A stretch of 64,000 nucleotides of DNA from Candidatus Obscuribacterales bacterium (GCA_965228855.1 CBDDIJ010000005.1:672001-736000), one strand, 5' to 3'; counted from the stretch's first letter, positions 49,986 to 60,170 are shown. Notes: a model not told the origin generated them from the letters alone. Numbers and translations: made by a program.

Positions 49986-51062
49986 TTATGCACTCAAGCG
50001 CAGGCTGATGCGCAGTTGATTATTTCGATAATTGTTGGCAAAACGTTCGCGCGCGAGGTTTTGATTATAGTAGTTGTTGCGACCGCCGGAATAGCAATCG
50101 TCACCACCGCGATAATTTCCCCTGTAGCGATTTCCGCCGTGGTCGAGTAAACCGACGAGAGGTGAGTTCGCCAGTGCTACACCGAATGCGGCCAGGTCAC
50201 GGAAGTCGTTGTTGCCTCGTTGATAATCGTAGCCGGAATCGCGGAAGACGACTCCATTTCTACCACCATATACGGTGCTGCTATCGTAGCCCGGATCTAC
50301 AAAAGGAGGAGTTCCGGGATACCCGGAATCATAACGATAGTCGACTACTGGGGCTGGACGTCTATAATTGTGATATCCTCGATCGTTTCCGCCATGGCGG
50401 TTGATAAGAATTCTGGCAAGGTCTGAATTTGCGAGGGCTACGGTGGTCGCCATAATGTCCCGACCGGACACGCCTCGATCCTGAATCACCACACCATCCG
50501 GACCATAGCCGCTGGTCGTATCACGGAACACAACGCCCTGAGGACCGCCAGCAATTACCGAATCCCGGTAAACGGGAGGCGCCGAATAATCCGAGTAAGA
50601 CCAAGCCCTGGTGCGTCCGCCGCCTCGCATATGTTCAGGCCCTCGATGTGCGTAAAACGCGTCGGCGGCATCCTGACCGTACAGCGGTCGGTGACCACGA
50701 AAAGTCGAACTCGGAGGTCCCTGGTAGTCGGAATAGCGTCCGTCAAATACGTTTCCCGATATCTGCTCGTAGCGAGTTTCTTGCGGCGACCGGTCTCCAC
50801 GGTAAATGTTAACGACATTCGCATGGTTGATGACTATTTGTCCATCACCTTGACCGCTGACCACTCGTCCATCGATCACGACCGTATCGCCACTGTTGCG
50901 AGGCAAGGTCACGGAGTCATTTGCCCGGGTGGGCGCCCCCTGCGATTGAGAATATTCAGTAAATAGCGGGTTTGGCGCCGGCAGTTCATTGTACGACGCA
51001 TCAAATTCTTCACGACTTTCCGGAGCCGGCGTAGCGGCCTTCCGCTGCGGAGCATCACTCAT
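49986..51062 (-). CDS. G/Y/R/D-rich low-complexity hypothetical protein with an internal duplication
   Basis: 360-codon ORF with GGGAG SD (TTG 51068 or ATG 51062); repeated GVVFRD and VALANS..HGGN segments. Confidence 0.65.
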   Translation of the reverse strand: MSDAPQRKAATPAPESREEFDASYNELPAPNPLFTEYSQSQGAPTRANDSVTLPRNSGDTVVIDGRVVSGQGDGQIVINHANVVNIYRGDRSPQETRYEQISGNVFDGRYSDYQGPPSSTFRGHRPLYGQDAADAFYAHRGPEHMRGGGRTRAWSYSDYSAPPVYRDSVIAGGPQGVVFRDTTSGYGPDGVVIQDRGVSGRDIMATTVALANSDLARILINRHGGNDRGYHNYRRPAPVVDYRYDSGYPGTPPFVDPGYDSSTVYGGRNGVVFRDSGYDYQRGNNDFRDLAAFGVALANSPLVGLLDHGGNRYRGNYRGGDDCYSGGRNNYYNQNLARERFANNYRNNQLRISLRLSA

Positions 51063-51458
51063 TGCCAACGTTCTCCCTAACTAAATCCAGCCTGGACCCA
51101 TCCATTTCAATAGTGACCGTTGTGATATTGGCCTGTCAATGGGAATTGTCCCATCGGGCTGTGACATTGGTGTGAAATGGGTCCGCCGGAACGTCCTTTC
51201 CCAATAGAATCTGCGAAGTGGATTCAGCCACCATCGGCTCTCACTCGTTATATACCCGTCGGTCTGCCCGATAAATCATTCGAGAGAAACAGCCGCGTTC
51301 CTCGTCCCAGTGATACCCCACCCCTCTTGACAGTTATTTATTGAAAATCTCTTACTTTGAACACAAAAGCGCGTCGCTCAGAGCAAACGAAGCTCCGCGC
51401 GTGCCGACCGTCACCGTATTTGGTACCAGAGACTTACTTGAACAACTGGATTCAGATT

Positions 51459-51977
51459 TTAGAACAGACTCAACAGTTTCGGCACAAAGATGATGCCGCC
51501 GACTATCATTGCCGCAAATGAAACGACGAGAACCGCAGATGCTGCCGTATCCTTCGCGCAGCGAGCGGCGTAGTGATATTGATTATTTGCAGATATATCC
51601 ACCAGATGTTCGAGACTGGTGTTGACAAACTCGAGTGAAATAACAAGTGCCATGACGATGATTAAGGCAAACCAGCTCGTAGTGTCAATCTTCAGGGTCA
51701 GTCCGACAATGGTGACAAGCACCGACATCGAAAAGTGAATGCGCAGATTGCGCTGGTCCCGCAAGCCAATCGCGATTCCGTGAAAGGCATGGTAGAACGA
51801 TTCGAAAAGGTTCCCGGCCCGGCCTGATTTTCGGCGCCAACTCGCGGGCACTAGCGGAATAACGTCCGTTCCCGCACGCCTTAGAGGTTTTGGACTTGTA
51901 GGATTCGCTGGTGCAGCAGTTGTTCTTGACTTTCGGCTAAAACGGTCCTGCACGTCTTCCGGTTTCGGATCTCCCAT
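51459..51977 (-). CDS. dgkA: Diacylglycerol kinase / undecaprenol kinase (prokaryotic DgkA family)
   Basis: SFYHAFHGI..QRNLRIH, LEFVNTSLEHLVD, AKDTAASAVL; downstream of ybeY; GGAG SD. Confidence 0.88.
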   Translation of the reverse strand: MGDPKPEDVQDRFSRKSRTTAAPANPTSPKPLRRAGTDVIPLVPASWRRKSGRAGNLFESFYHAFHGIAIGLRDQRNLRIHFSMSVLVTIVGLTLKIDTTSWFALIIVMALVISLEFVNTSLEHLVDISANNQYHYAARCAKDTAASAVLVVSFAAMIVGGIIFVPKLLSLF

Positions 51978-52120
51978 CGCCAGTACTTTTCTCCGAGGCT
52001 ACTTACTCTACATAACCATAATTCGGCGGATCGGTCCCTTGAAATGTCTAATCAACCTTTACAAGCCTTATAAATAGAACGGTTTCTCTCAAGACAAACC
52101 TCATCCCCCATAATTCCAGT

Positions 52121-52627
52121 CTACATCCTGGGATAACCTGCTGCCTGCAATATTTTTCGCTGCCTGGCAAACATTTCCTTTTCGTCCGTTTTAGTCTCAT
52201 GATCGAAACCGAGGACATGCAGCATGCCGTGAACTGTTAGAAACGCCAGTTCTCGCTCGAAACTGTGACCAAGATCCACAGCCTGAGCCTTTGCTGTATC
52301 CATAGAGATAATGATTTCGCCTAGCTCATAGGGAATCTCGGGAGCCGGAGCCTCCGTATCCATGGGAAACGAGAGCACATCGGTCGCCTTATCGAATCCG
52401 CGCCAGAGAGCGTTCAACTCTCTAATTTTTAGATCGGAAACCAGCACGAGACTGAAGATTCCGCGAGCTTCAATCTCTTTTACATTTGCGTCGCTTAACC
52501 AATCACAAGGCGATTCAACAAGATTGCAACAAACCTGTGATGCCAGTTTTTCAGCCATCTCAGCAACATTTGCGAGTTCGACCGAGTGGCGACGTTGGCG
52601 ATTAGAGACCGAGACTTTTGGTGGCAT
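52121..52627 (-). CDS. ybeY: rRNA maturation endoribonuclease YbeY
   Basis: LNALWRGFDKATDVLSFP, LGEIIIS, HGMLHVLGFDH; start ATG 52627. Confidence 0.94.
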   Translation of the reverse strand: MPPKVSVSNRQRRHSVELANVAEMAEKLASQVCCNLVESPCDWLSDANVKEIEARGIFSLVLVSDLKIRELNALWRGFDKATDVLSFPMDTEAPAPEIPYELGEIIISMDTAKAQAVDLGHSFERELAFLTVHGMLHVLGFDHETKTDEKEMFARQRKILQAAGYPRM

Positions 52628-52840
52628 GCGACCTACTTCGTTACCTGATTGTTGCTTGAAAAAGCAGCGCCATGTTAACATACGAAACATTGGAAGCTAC
52701 AAGTGATGACGTAGGCAACATTCAAAAGCCTACGGCGATTTCGCTTTTAGTGTCCGCACCGACTGATTTCGGTGCCCGCGTTCTACTTTTTGCACATGAA
52801 GTAAAGCGCGTCGTAGAAGAGACGGAGCGATCAACTTTCA

Positions 52841-53512
52841 GTGCCCGCAGACAGCAAGCAAGACAAAACCATTGAAGAACTAACGAAACTGGCGGATGAC
52901 GTCATTTCCAGCCTTGGTCTCTTGCTCGTTGCCGTCAACATCTTGCAGCAGGGCAAGCGAAAAGTTCTAAACATCACCATCCACAAAAAAGGCAGTCGCG
53001 TAAGCCTTGATGATTGTGAAAATGTAAGTCGCCGACTGGAAGCCGCTCTCGACGACCGTGCGAATAGCGAAGAAGGACCGATTATCCCTGAAGCCTTTGT
53101 TCTCGACGTCGAAAGCCCGGGCATAGATCGGACTCTCAAAAAAGAATGCGAATACCGAATCTTTCAGGGAGAGACTATCGAACTGAGAATGAAAGAACAG
53201 ATTGCTAAAGTGGAAGGCCTACCTCATACGATGAAGGCAACTCTAGTCGGTCTAAAAGATGACGTGGTAAGCGTCAGGAATCCCAGCTCAATCGTTGAAC
53301 AGTCAAAATCATCGAAGAGCAAAGGAAAAACAGCGAAAGCTGTTGAAACAACACTCAAAGAAGAATTATCAATACCTCTTTCTTCGTTGTACTCGGTGAG
53401 ACTCTATCCGGATCTCTCACTGATCGCTTCGAAAGATGAGGAAGACGCTGAGACAGTGGACGAGGCTGATGAGGCTTACGACGCTGATGAAGCTGATGAA
53501 GCTGATGAATAA
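52841..53512 (+). CDS. rimP: Ribosome maturation factor RimP
   Basis: VSLDDCENVSR, LDVESPGIDRTL; first gene of the nusA operon; acidic repeat tail. Confidence 0.88.
   Translation: MPADSKQDKTIEELTKLADDVISSLGLLLVAVNILQQGKRKVLNITIHKKGSRVSLDDCENVSRRLEAALDDRANSEEGPIIPEAFVLDVESPGIDRTLKKECEYRIFQGETIELRMKEQIAKVEGLPHTMKATLVGLKDDVVSVRNPSSIVEQSKSSKSKGKTAKAVETTLKEELSIPLSSLYSVRLYPDLSLIASKDEEDAETVDEADEAYDADEADEADE
53459..53509 (+). repeat. 9-bp coding tandem repeat (GCTGATGAR) encoding the acidic tail of RimP
   Basis: GACGAGGCTGATGAGGCTTACGACGCTGATGAAGCTGATGAAGCTGATGAA encodes DEADEAYDADEADEADE. Confidence 0.8.
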
Positions 53513-53589
53513 AACGTTTCGAGAGAAGCGTTTGGAAACCCGTTAACTACAACCTATTACAACTGAATAGAATATGGGAGGAACACCCC

Positions 53590-54720
53590 GTGATTAAAAT
53601 TGGAGACAAACTACTAGAAGCCGCTGAGGAACTTGAAAGAGAAAGAAATATTCCTCAAGAGGAGTTCATCTCATATGTGTGCGACGCTATTGTCGCTGCC
53701 TACAAGAAGAAAGTTCCGGACCACGATGTCGACGGCGTACGGGCAATCTTCGATACCGAAACCGGTGAGATCGGTATTTTTGCACCGAAAGAAGTTGTCG
53801 AAGAAGTCAGCAACGAATATCATGAGATCGCTCTGGAAGAAGCTCAGGACCTCATTCCTGACGTCACCGTCGGCGAAGTTCTCGAAATCGAAGTGACACC
53901 GCAAGACTTTTCTGAATTCGGACGTATCGCTGCTCAAACCGCTAAACAGTTAATCACTCAGCGTTTGAGAGAAGCGGAAAAAGAACTGATCAAGAAAGAA
54001 TTCGAAGCGCGCAAAGGAACCTGCACCACGGGTCAGATCGAGCGTATCGAAGTTATTTCGCACAACCGCAACAACGTAATCGTCAACCTCGGTCGCGTAG
54101 AAGGCTGCATGCCGACTCGCGAACAATTGCCAGGTGAGACCTACCGCGTTGGCAACCGGGTTCGCGTATATGTTTTGGAACTCAGAGAATCCGGTCGCGT
54201 GCCGCAAATCATCGTGTCGCAAGCACACCCGGAACTCGTGCGTGAATTGTTTGAACTCTACGTTCCGGAAATTGAAGACGGAACAGTCGAAATCAAGTCA
54301 ATCGCCAGAGAAGCCGGTTACCGAACGAAAATCGCTGTGCACTCCGAAGACGCAGACGTCGACCCGGTCGGCGCGTGTATCGGTACTCGCGGCGTTAGAA
54401 TTCAAAACGTCGTCGCCGAATTGCGTAACGAAAAAATCGACGTTATTCGCTTCTCTGCGGATCCGGTCGACTATATTTCCAACGCACTCAGCCCTGCTCG
54501 AATCACAACGGTAGCGCTTTACGAAGACGTTCCGGAAAACGGTGGCAAGCGCGCAGAAGTAATCGTCCCCGACGATCAGCTCAGCCTGGCAATCGGTCGT
54601 GGCGGTCAAAACGTGCGCCTGGCGGCGAAACTTACCGGCTGGAAGATCGACATCAAGTCCGAATCTCAAGCTGGCGGAAGTTTCAGAAACCTCAATCAAA
54701 CTCTGGAAGAGCTCGCATAA
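53590..54720 (+). CDS. nusA: Transcription termination/antitermination factor NusA
   Basis: FGRIAAQTAKQ, AREAGYRTKIAV, GACIGTRGVRI, NALSPA, LSLAIGRGGQNVRLAAKLTGWKIDI; GGAGG SD. Confidence 0.97.
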   Translation: MIKIGDKLLEAAEELERERNIPQEEFISYVCDAIVAAYKKKVPDHDVDGVRAIFDTETGEIGIFAPKEVVEEVSNEYHEIALEEAQDLIPDVTVGEVLEIEVTPQDFSEFGRIAAQTAKQLITQRLREAEKELIKKEFEARKGTCTTGQIERIEVISHNRNNVIVNLGRVEGCMPTREQLPGETYRVGNRVRVYVLELRESGRVPQIIVSQAHPELVRELFELYVPEIEDGTVEIKSIAREAGYRTKIAVHSEDADVDPVGACIGTRGVRIQNVVAELRNEKIDVIRFSADPVDYISNALSPARITTVALYEDVPENGGKRAEVIVPDDQLSLAIGRGGQNVRLAAKLTGWKIDIKSESQAGGSFRNLNQTLEELA

Positions 54721-54729
54721 CGATACATA

Positions 54730-55092
54730 GTGACAGACAGCCCAACCCGATTATGTGTAGGCTGCCGCAAGATGATTCCAAGAGGAAATCTGATCAGATT
54801 GACCGTGGATCATCGCACCGGCAATGTAACGCTTAACACTCCGGGAGATAAAAATCTCGGAGTGTTCGGTCGTTCAGCCTATCTTTGCGCCAAAGCGTCG
54901 TGCCTGTCCAAAGCCCAGAAAGGCGGAAGACTGCACAAGGCACTTGAAGGACGAAGAAGAGTGAAGCTCGCCAAGAATTCGAAAAATGCGCCAGCTGCCA
55001 AATTAAGCTGGCCTCTTGAGCCACAACTTATTAAGGTGATTGGTGATCTTTGTACAGAAGATGGCAAAACATGCCAAAATACTGTGTACTAA
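54730..55092 (+). CDS. ylxR: YlxR/RnpM (DUF448) family RNA-binding protein
   Basis: PTRLCVGCRK, GRSAYLC, RLHKAL; lies between nusA and infB. Confidence 0.85.
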   Translation: MTDSPTRLCVGCRKMIPRGNLIRLTVDHRTGNVTLNTPGDKNLGVFGRSAYLCAKASCLSKAQKGGRLHKALEGRRRVKLAKNSKNAPAAKLSWPLEPQLIKVIGDLCTEDGKTCQNTVY

Positions 55093-55185
55093 GATACGTG
55101 GGGGCATCTGAGAGCCGACGGATCGGTTCTAGTGTTTCAAGCGCGGAGGAAGCCAGAGTACGACTTTTTCAGGTAAAAGGAAAAA

Positions 55186-58113
55186 ATGGACGATCGAGTT
55201 CGAATTTATGAATTAGCGCGCAAGATGAATGTCCCTAACCAGGACGTCATCACGATCTTGCGTGAGCTCGGTTATGACGTCAAGAGTCATTCTTCTACCA
55301 TCGACAAAAACGCAGTTGGCGCAGTCATCGCTGCGATGAATAAAAAGAGCCAAGCTGCAGAGCCCGCCGCGAAGGACAAAAAAGCATTGCCCAAAGTTTC
55401 AAGCAAGGTACCACCACTCCCAGAGAAAAAAGCACCGGTTGTAAAACCGCGCGTTCTCTCACGTTACAAAAAACCGGATCCGGTTGCCGAAGGTCAAGAA
55501 CCTGCCGACACCGCCGGTCAACCAGCAGCACCAGTGCAAGGCGCGCCCGGGCAACCGGTCGAGCAACAGCGCAGTTCGATGCTGCCCGCCGGCGGCTTAA
55601 CACCGCTACCGGCATCACAAATTTCATCCACGCCGAGACATCCGCGTCCACACACAGCAGATGGAAGACCAGTCGACGCGCAAGGGAAAGACCAAGTAAC
55701 TCAGCAACAGCAACAACAGCAGACTGAGAAACCGGTTCATCAGCCTATGAACCAGCACTTGCCACCACCTGGAGCGAAAGTAAATCTGCTTCCGCCGAAG
55801 CCACCGGAACCTCCGAAGGTTGAAGAACCAGCACCGGAAGTTAAGCCGGAAGAGCCGACATCTACAGAACCAGTTGTAGAAGCCGAACCAGTCAGTCCAA
55901 CAGGCGACTCCTGGTCGGATGAATCGAAGTTCGCGCCCAGAGCAATTCGCAACCTGGACAAACACTTCGAGAAGAAAAAACAAGAGCAACCTAAGAGCAC
56001 GAAGAAAAATCGTCAAGGACGCGTCAGCGGTACAGAACTCGTTGAAGCGGATGATGACGATTCAGTTGATGAAGTTGAAGAAGAAGTTTCAGCAGAAAAA
56101 ACTGCTGAGAACACCAGCGGTGATACCAATGGTGGAGACGCTGAATCTACGGAGCAACTTAAAAAAGGTGCTATGAGACCCATGTCTCCGTCCGTCCCGA
56201 TAAGAGTAGCCGCACCATCAATGAGAGCAACGCCCCCGCGTCCACCTAAGACACACGGTCGCCACACAGCGACCCGCCATCAGAAGAAAGACGAAACTGA
56301 AAAGGTTAAACAAACAGCAGCAGCCGCCCCGGAAGTACCGAAAGTTGTCACCATCGGCGGTAGCGTAACTGTTCAAGAACTGGCCGAAAAAATGTTCGTG
56401 CCGGTACCGGAAATTATCAAACGCCTCTTCATGAAAGGCGTGATGAGAACCGTAAACCAGCTTGTCGAACCGGATCTCGCAAGAGAGCTCGCAGTCGAGA
56501 TGGAATACGAAGTTCTCACTGAAGAAGTGAAGAAAGCCGAAGACCAGGTGGCCAAAGCCGAGCGTCTCGGATTATTCGAAGAAGACGAGAGCAATCTCAT
56601 CACCAGACCGCCGGTCGTCACCATCATGGGTCACGTCGACCACGGTAAGACAAGTTTGCTCGACGCCATTCGTCAAACCAAGTTGAAGTTGACCGAAGGC
56701 GAAGCCGGCGGCATCACTCAACACATCGGCGCATACCACGTTGAGATCGAACACGAAGAAGGCGTACGTCAAATCGTATTCCTCGATACTCCTGGTCACG
56801 AAGCGTTTACCGCGATGCGTGCCCGAGGAGCGCGAGTCACCGACGTGGCGATTCTCGTAGTCGCAGCAGACGATGGTGTCATGCCTCAAACAATCGAAGC
56901 AATAGACCACGCTAAAGCAGCCGGCGTCCCGATCATCGTAGCCGTCAACAAAATCGACAAAGCCGATGCGGATCCGGATCGCGTTCTTTCTCAATTGATG
57001 GAACACGAATTGCTTCCCGACGTATTTGGTGGAGACACAGTAACGGTCAACGTTTCAGCGAAGAAGCGTACGGGTCTCGACGATCTATTAGAAATGATCA
57101 TCCTCGTTGCCGACATGCAGGATCTCAAAGCGAATCCTGATAGACCGGCTCAGGGTGTCATTGTCGAAGCAGAACTCTCACGCGGAAAAGGCGCTGTGGC
57201 TACAGCGCTGGTTCAAAGCGGAACTCTGCGCGAAGGTGACTACATTGTCGCCGGTAGAATCGGCGGACGTGTTCGCGCCTTATTCGACGATCGTGGACAT
57301 CGCGTCAAAGCGGCTGGTCCATCGATGCCGGTAGAAGTTCTTGGTCTCGATGAGGTGCCCCAGGCTGGAGATATCTTCGAGGTTGTAACCGACGCTCAAG
57401 CGCAAAAATCGCTCGTCGAAGAACGTCGAGACAACGAAGTCCGTCGCGCCCATCACGTTTCGCTCGAGTCGCTGCACGACATGGTCGAAAGCGGCGAAAT
57501 GAAAGAGTTGAACGTGATCATCAAGGCGGACGTGCAGGGTACGGCTGAGGCAATCGCTGATTCCGTCCGCAAGCTCAGCGATGAGTTCGTAAAAATTCGC
57601 GTGCTGAGAACTGCATCCGGCGAAATCTCAGAGAACGACGTCAACCTGGCAGCGTCCTCCGAAGCGATCATTATCGGTTTCAACTCAGCGCCTGACCCGA
57701 ATGCAAGAACAGTTGCAGAGCAACAGGGCGTAGATATCAGAACCTACAGCATCATCTATCAAATTACCGATGATTTGCAGAAAGCTATGCACGGTCTTCT
57801 CGAGCCAATCAAGCAAGAAATCAAGATCGGAACAGCCGAAATCCGCGTCATCTTCAAAGTCGGCAAAGGACTGGCAATCGGTGGTTGCATGGTCACGGAC
57901 GGAAAGATTCAACGCAACAGCATTGCCCGTGTCGAACGAGACGGTCAAACAGTTTACGAAGGCAAAATCGATACGCTCAAACGCTTCAAAGATGACGTCA
58001 AAGAAGTCGCACAAGGCTTCGAATGCGGCTTGAGCTTCGATAAGTTCAGCGACATTCAAGAAGGCGACAAAGTACACGCATTCATCATTCAAGAAGTGAA
58101 GCGCGAGCGCTAG
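55186..58113 (+). CDS. infB: Translation initiation factor IF-2
   Basis: VRIYELA..KSHSSTI, RPPVVTIMGHVDHGKTSLLD, FLDTPGHEAF, NKID, LKRFKDDVKEV..GFECG. Confidence 0.98.
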   Translation: MDDRVRIYELARKMNVPNQDVITILRELGYDVKSHSSTIDKNAVGAVIAAMNKKSQAAEPAAKDKKALPKVSSKVPPLPEKKAPVVKPRVLSRYKKPDPVAEGQEPADTAGQPAAPVQGAPGQPVEQQRSSMLPAGGLTPLPASQISSTPRHPRPHTADGRPVDAQGKDQVTQQQQQQQTEKPVHQPMNQHLPPPGAKVNLLPPKPPEPPKVEEPAPEVKPEEPTSTEPVVEAEPVSPTGDSWSDESKFAPRAIRNLDKHFEKKKQEQPKSTKKNRQGRVSGTELVEADDDDSVDEVEEEVSAEKTAENTSGDTNGGDAESTEQLKKGAMRPMSPSVPIRVAAPSMRATPPRPPKTHGRHTATRHQKKDETEKVKQTAAAAPEVPKVVTIGGSVTVQELAEKMFVPVPEIIKRLFMKGVMRTVNQLVEPDLARELAVEMEYEVLTEEVKKAEDQVAKAERLGLFEEDESNLITRPPVVTIMGHVDHGKTSLLDAIRQTKLKLTEGEAGGITQHIGAYHVEIEHEEGVRQIVFLDTPGHEAFTAMRARGARVTDVAILVVAADDGVMPQTIEAIDHAKAAGVPIIVAVNKIDKADADPDRVLSQLMEHELLPDVFGGDTVTVNVSAKKRTGLDDLLEMIILVADMQDLKANPDRPAQGVIVEAELSRGKGAVATALVQSGTLREGDYIVAGRIGGRVRALFDDRGHRVKAAGPSMPVEVLGLDEVPQAGDIFEVVTDAQAQKSLVEERRDNEVRRAHHVSLESLHDMVESGEMKELNVIIKADVQGTAEAIADSVRKLSDEFVKIRVLRTASGEISENDVNLAASSEAIIIGFNSAPDPNARTVAEQQGVDIRTYSIIYQITDDLQKAMHGLLEPIKQEIKIGTAEIRVIFKVGKGLAIGGCMVTDGKIQRNSIARVERDGQTVYEGKIDTLKRFKDDVKEVAQGFECGLSFDKFSDIQEGDKVHAFIIQEVKRER

Positions 58114-58141
58114 TCGCCGGATTCAATACGAGGTTGAGACT

Positions 58142-58495
58142 ATGCAAGGTCAGCGCGCGCTTAGAGTTTCGCAGTCCATCAAGCGAGAGCTTGCTCAAAT
58201 GCTGATGAAGGATCTCAACGATGAGCGCATTAAAGGAATGATTTCGATCGTCGATGTTGAGTGCTCGGCGGACTGCCGTTCAGCGAAAGTGTTTATTTCA
58301 GTTCTCGGAAGCGAGGAAGACGAAAAGAGCACGATGGAAGCGTTGAAGGACAAAACCGGCATGATTCGCGGTGAAATTTGCCGACGCCTTCGTCTGCGTT
58401 TTGCACCTGAGATGATGTTCAAACTCGACAAATCGCTCGAGCGCGGCTCCAAGGTTTCCGAACTGCTCGGCAAAATCGAACGCGGTGAAGTATAA
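58142..58495 (+). CDS. rbfA: 30S ribosome-binding factor RbfA
   Basis: RVSQSIKRELA, AKVFIS, LRLRFAPEMMFKLDKSLERG. Confidence 0.95.
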   Translation: MQGQRALRVSQSIKRELAQMLMKDLNDERIKGMISIVDVECSADCRSAKVFISVLGSEEDEKSTMEALKDKTGMIRGEICRRLRLRFAPEMMFKLDKSLERGSKVSELLGKIERGEV

Positions 58496-58514
58496 GCGCG
58501 GAATGATTGCGTAA

Positions 58515-59450
58515 ATGGCGATCGGTTTTCTCAACGTTTATAAAGAGCGGGGAATGACCTCGCATGACGTAATCAATCGGTTGCGCAAAATTTCAGGCAT
58601 CAAACAAATCGGCCATGGCGGAACCCTGGATCCTATGGCTGAAGGAGTGATGGCAGTTGCGATTGGCAAAGCGACCCGCTTGTTGCAGTTTTTAAACGAC
58701 GATAAAACCTATCTGGCGCAAATACGCCTCGGACAAACAACCGACACCGATGACGTCGAAGGGAAAACGCTGACGAGCACCGATGTTGTGTCGCATATCA
58801 CGCGTGAAGAAGTCGAGCGCGTGCTCTCTACGTTTGTTGGAAAACAACAACAGATTCCGCCGGTTTATTCCGCGATCAAAAAGGGCGGAATGAAGATGTA
58901 CGAACTGGCGCGTAAAGGCGAGGCACCTGACGAGCTGGAAGCGCGAGCAGTCGAGATGTATAAAGTGGAGTTGCTCTCGTTTGACCTTCCGCACTTGAGC
59001 GTCCGCGTTGCCTGCTCGAAAGGCACTTACATACGCTCTCTGGCACGGGATGTCGGCCGCATACTGGGAGTCGGCGGCTGTTTGTCTGCATTGCTGCGCG
59101 AGCAGTCCGGACCGTTTGAAGTAGCTCAATCGAAGAAACTTGATGAGCTAAAAGAAGCTGGCAGGGAAAATTTTCAAAATTTCCTCCTGCCACTTCAGCG
59201 CGCCTTGGAAATCAAAACAGTTGAGTTGCAGCGAGACTTCGCAAAACGTCTGGCGCACGGACAAGTTTTAGATCGGGAGCAAGCGTCGCTCCCACCGGCA
59301 AACGAAAGCGACATAGACCGCCGTCAAGCATCCGAATCGAAAGAGCTGCTCCTTGCCTCCCTCGAGGGCACACCGGTCGCCCTGGTCCGATTAATAGAAG
59401 GCAAACTCCTGCAACCAGAGGTAGTATTAGTAAATGCCTCCGAAATTTAA
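58515..59450 (+). CDS. truB: tRNA pseudouridine(55) synthase
   Basis: KERGMTSHDV, GHGGTLDPMAEG, QIPPVYSAIK, CSKGTYIRSLARD. Confidence 0.96.
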   Translation: MAIGFLNVYKERGMTSHDVINRLRKISGIKQIGHGGTLDPMAEGVMAVAIGKATRLLQFLNDDKTYLAQIRLGQTTDTDDVEGKTLTSTDVVSHITREEVERVLSTFVGKQQQIPPVYSAIKKGGMKMYELARKGEAPDELEARAVEMYKVELLSFDLPHLSVRVACSKGTYIRSLARDVGRILGVGGCLSALLREQSGPFEVAQSKKLDELKEAGRENFQNFLLPLQRALEIKTVELQRDFAKRLAHGQVLDREQASLPPANESDIDRRQASESKELLLASLEGTPVALVRLIEGKLLQPEVVLVNASEI

Positions 59451-60024
59451 TCGCGGACAATTGCTTGCTCTCATTATCGTTATGGAAGCCTTGCTTTTGC
59501 TTGTCGCGACAATCTGGTGCTGGGTAGCCAAAATAGATCTCTTGCCAGTCTTGAGCCTCAACAATCCCGCTATTTTGCTTGTTGGAGTCGGGGTCGGTTT
59601 AGTGATGGCGACGTTTAGCTTCGCCTTAAGCGCCTTTGGGAAACGGTTTCGCCACAAGTTTCCCTTCTTCGCTTCCTTCGAAGAATTCATTCAAGAAACG
59701 CTTGCACCAATTTTCTCAGAAGTAAATCCACTGGATATACTCCTGATTGCTTTGGCATCAGGATTTTGCGAAGAGGTATTTTTCAGAGGAGTCTTACAGA
59801 GCCAGTTTGGACTGGTGATTGCGAGCATCGTGTTCGGCTTGTTCCATGTCACCGGACAAAAGAAACACCTGTTCTACGTTGTATGGGCCGCCCTGGCTGG
59901 AGCGATGCTGGGCAGTCTCCTGATGATCTTTAATTCGCTATGGGTACCGATTATTGCCCACATCATCAACAACTGGTTGAGCATCACGATGATCCGCTAT
60001 GAGATCGGATACCGTCGCTACTAG
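59434..60024 (+). CDS. CPBP-family (Abi/CAAX) intramembrane metalloprotease
   Basis: EEVFFRG, FGLFH, PIIAHIINN; multiple TM helices. Confidence 0.9.
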   Translation: MPPKFNRGQLLALIIVMEALLLLVATIWCWVAKIDLLPVLSLNNPAILLVGVGVGLVMATFSFALSAFGKRFRHKFPFFASFEEFIQETLAPIFSEVNPLDILLIALASGFCEEVFFRGVLQSQFGLVIASIVFGLFHVTGQKKHLFYVVWAALAGAMLGSLLMIFNSLWVPIIAHIINNWLSITMIRYEIGYRRY

Positions 60025-60115
60025 TTCCTTTCTGCTCATGCCCAGGTTCAAATCTCACACCAACGAATCAAAGAGCCTGCGCTGATTCTCCAAAGGCCTG
60101 AACCTTGAATGCAAG

Positions 60116-60148
60116 TAAAAAGGGAAGTCGGCTAACCAACTTCCCTTT
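60116..60148 (-). terminator. Intrinsic terminator of the HU gene (possibly bidirectional)
   Basis: Minus strand AAAGGGAAGTTGG-TTAG-CCGACTTCCC-TTTTT, about 20 nt after the HU stop. Confidence 0.8.
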
Positions 60149-60170
60149 AGACATTATCTTTTAGCCGATA

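Noticed and set aside
55700..55723. Poly-Gln tract and Pro-rich region in IF2
   Set aside because: Variable low-complexity N-terminal linkers are normal for IF2
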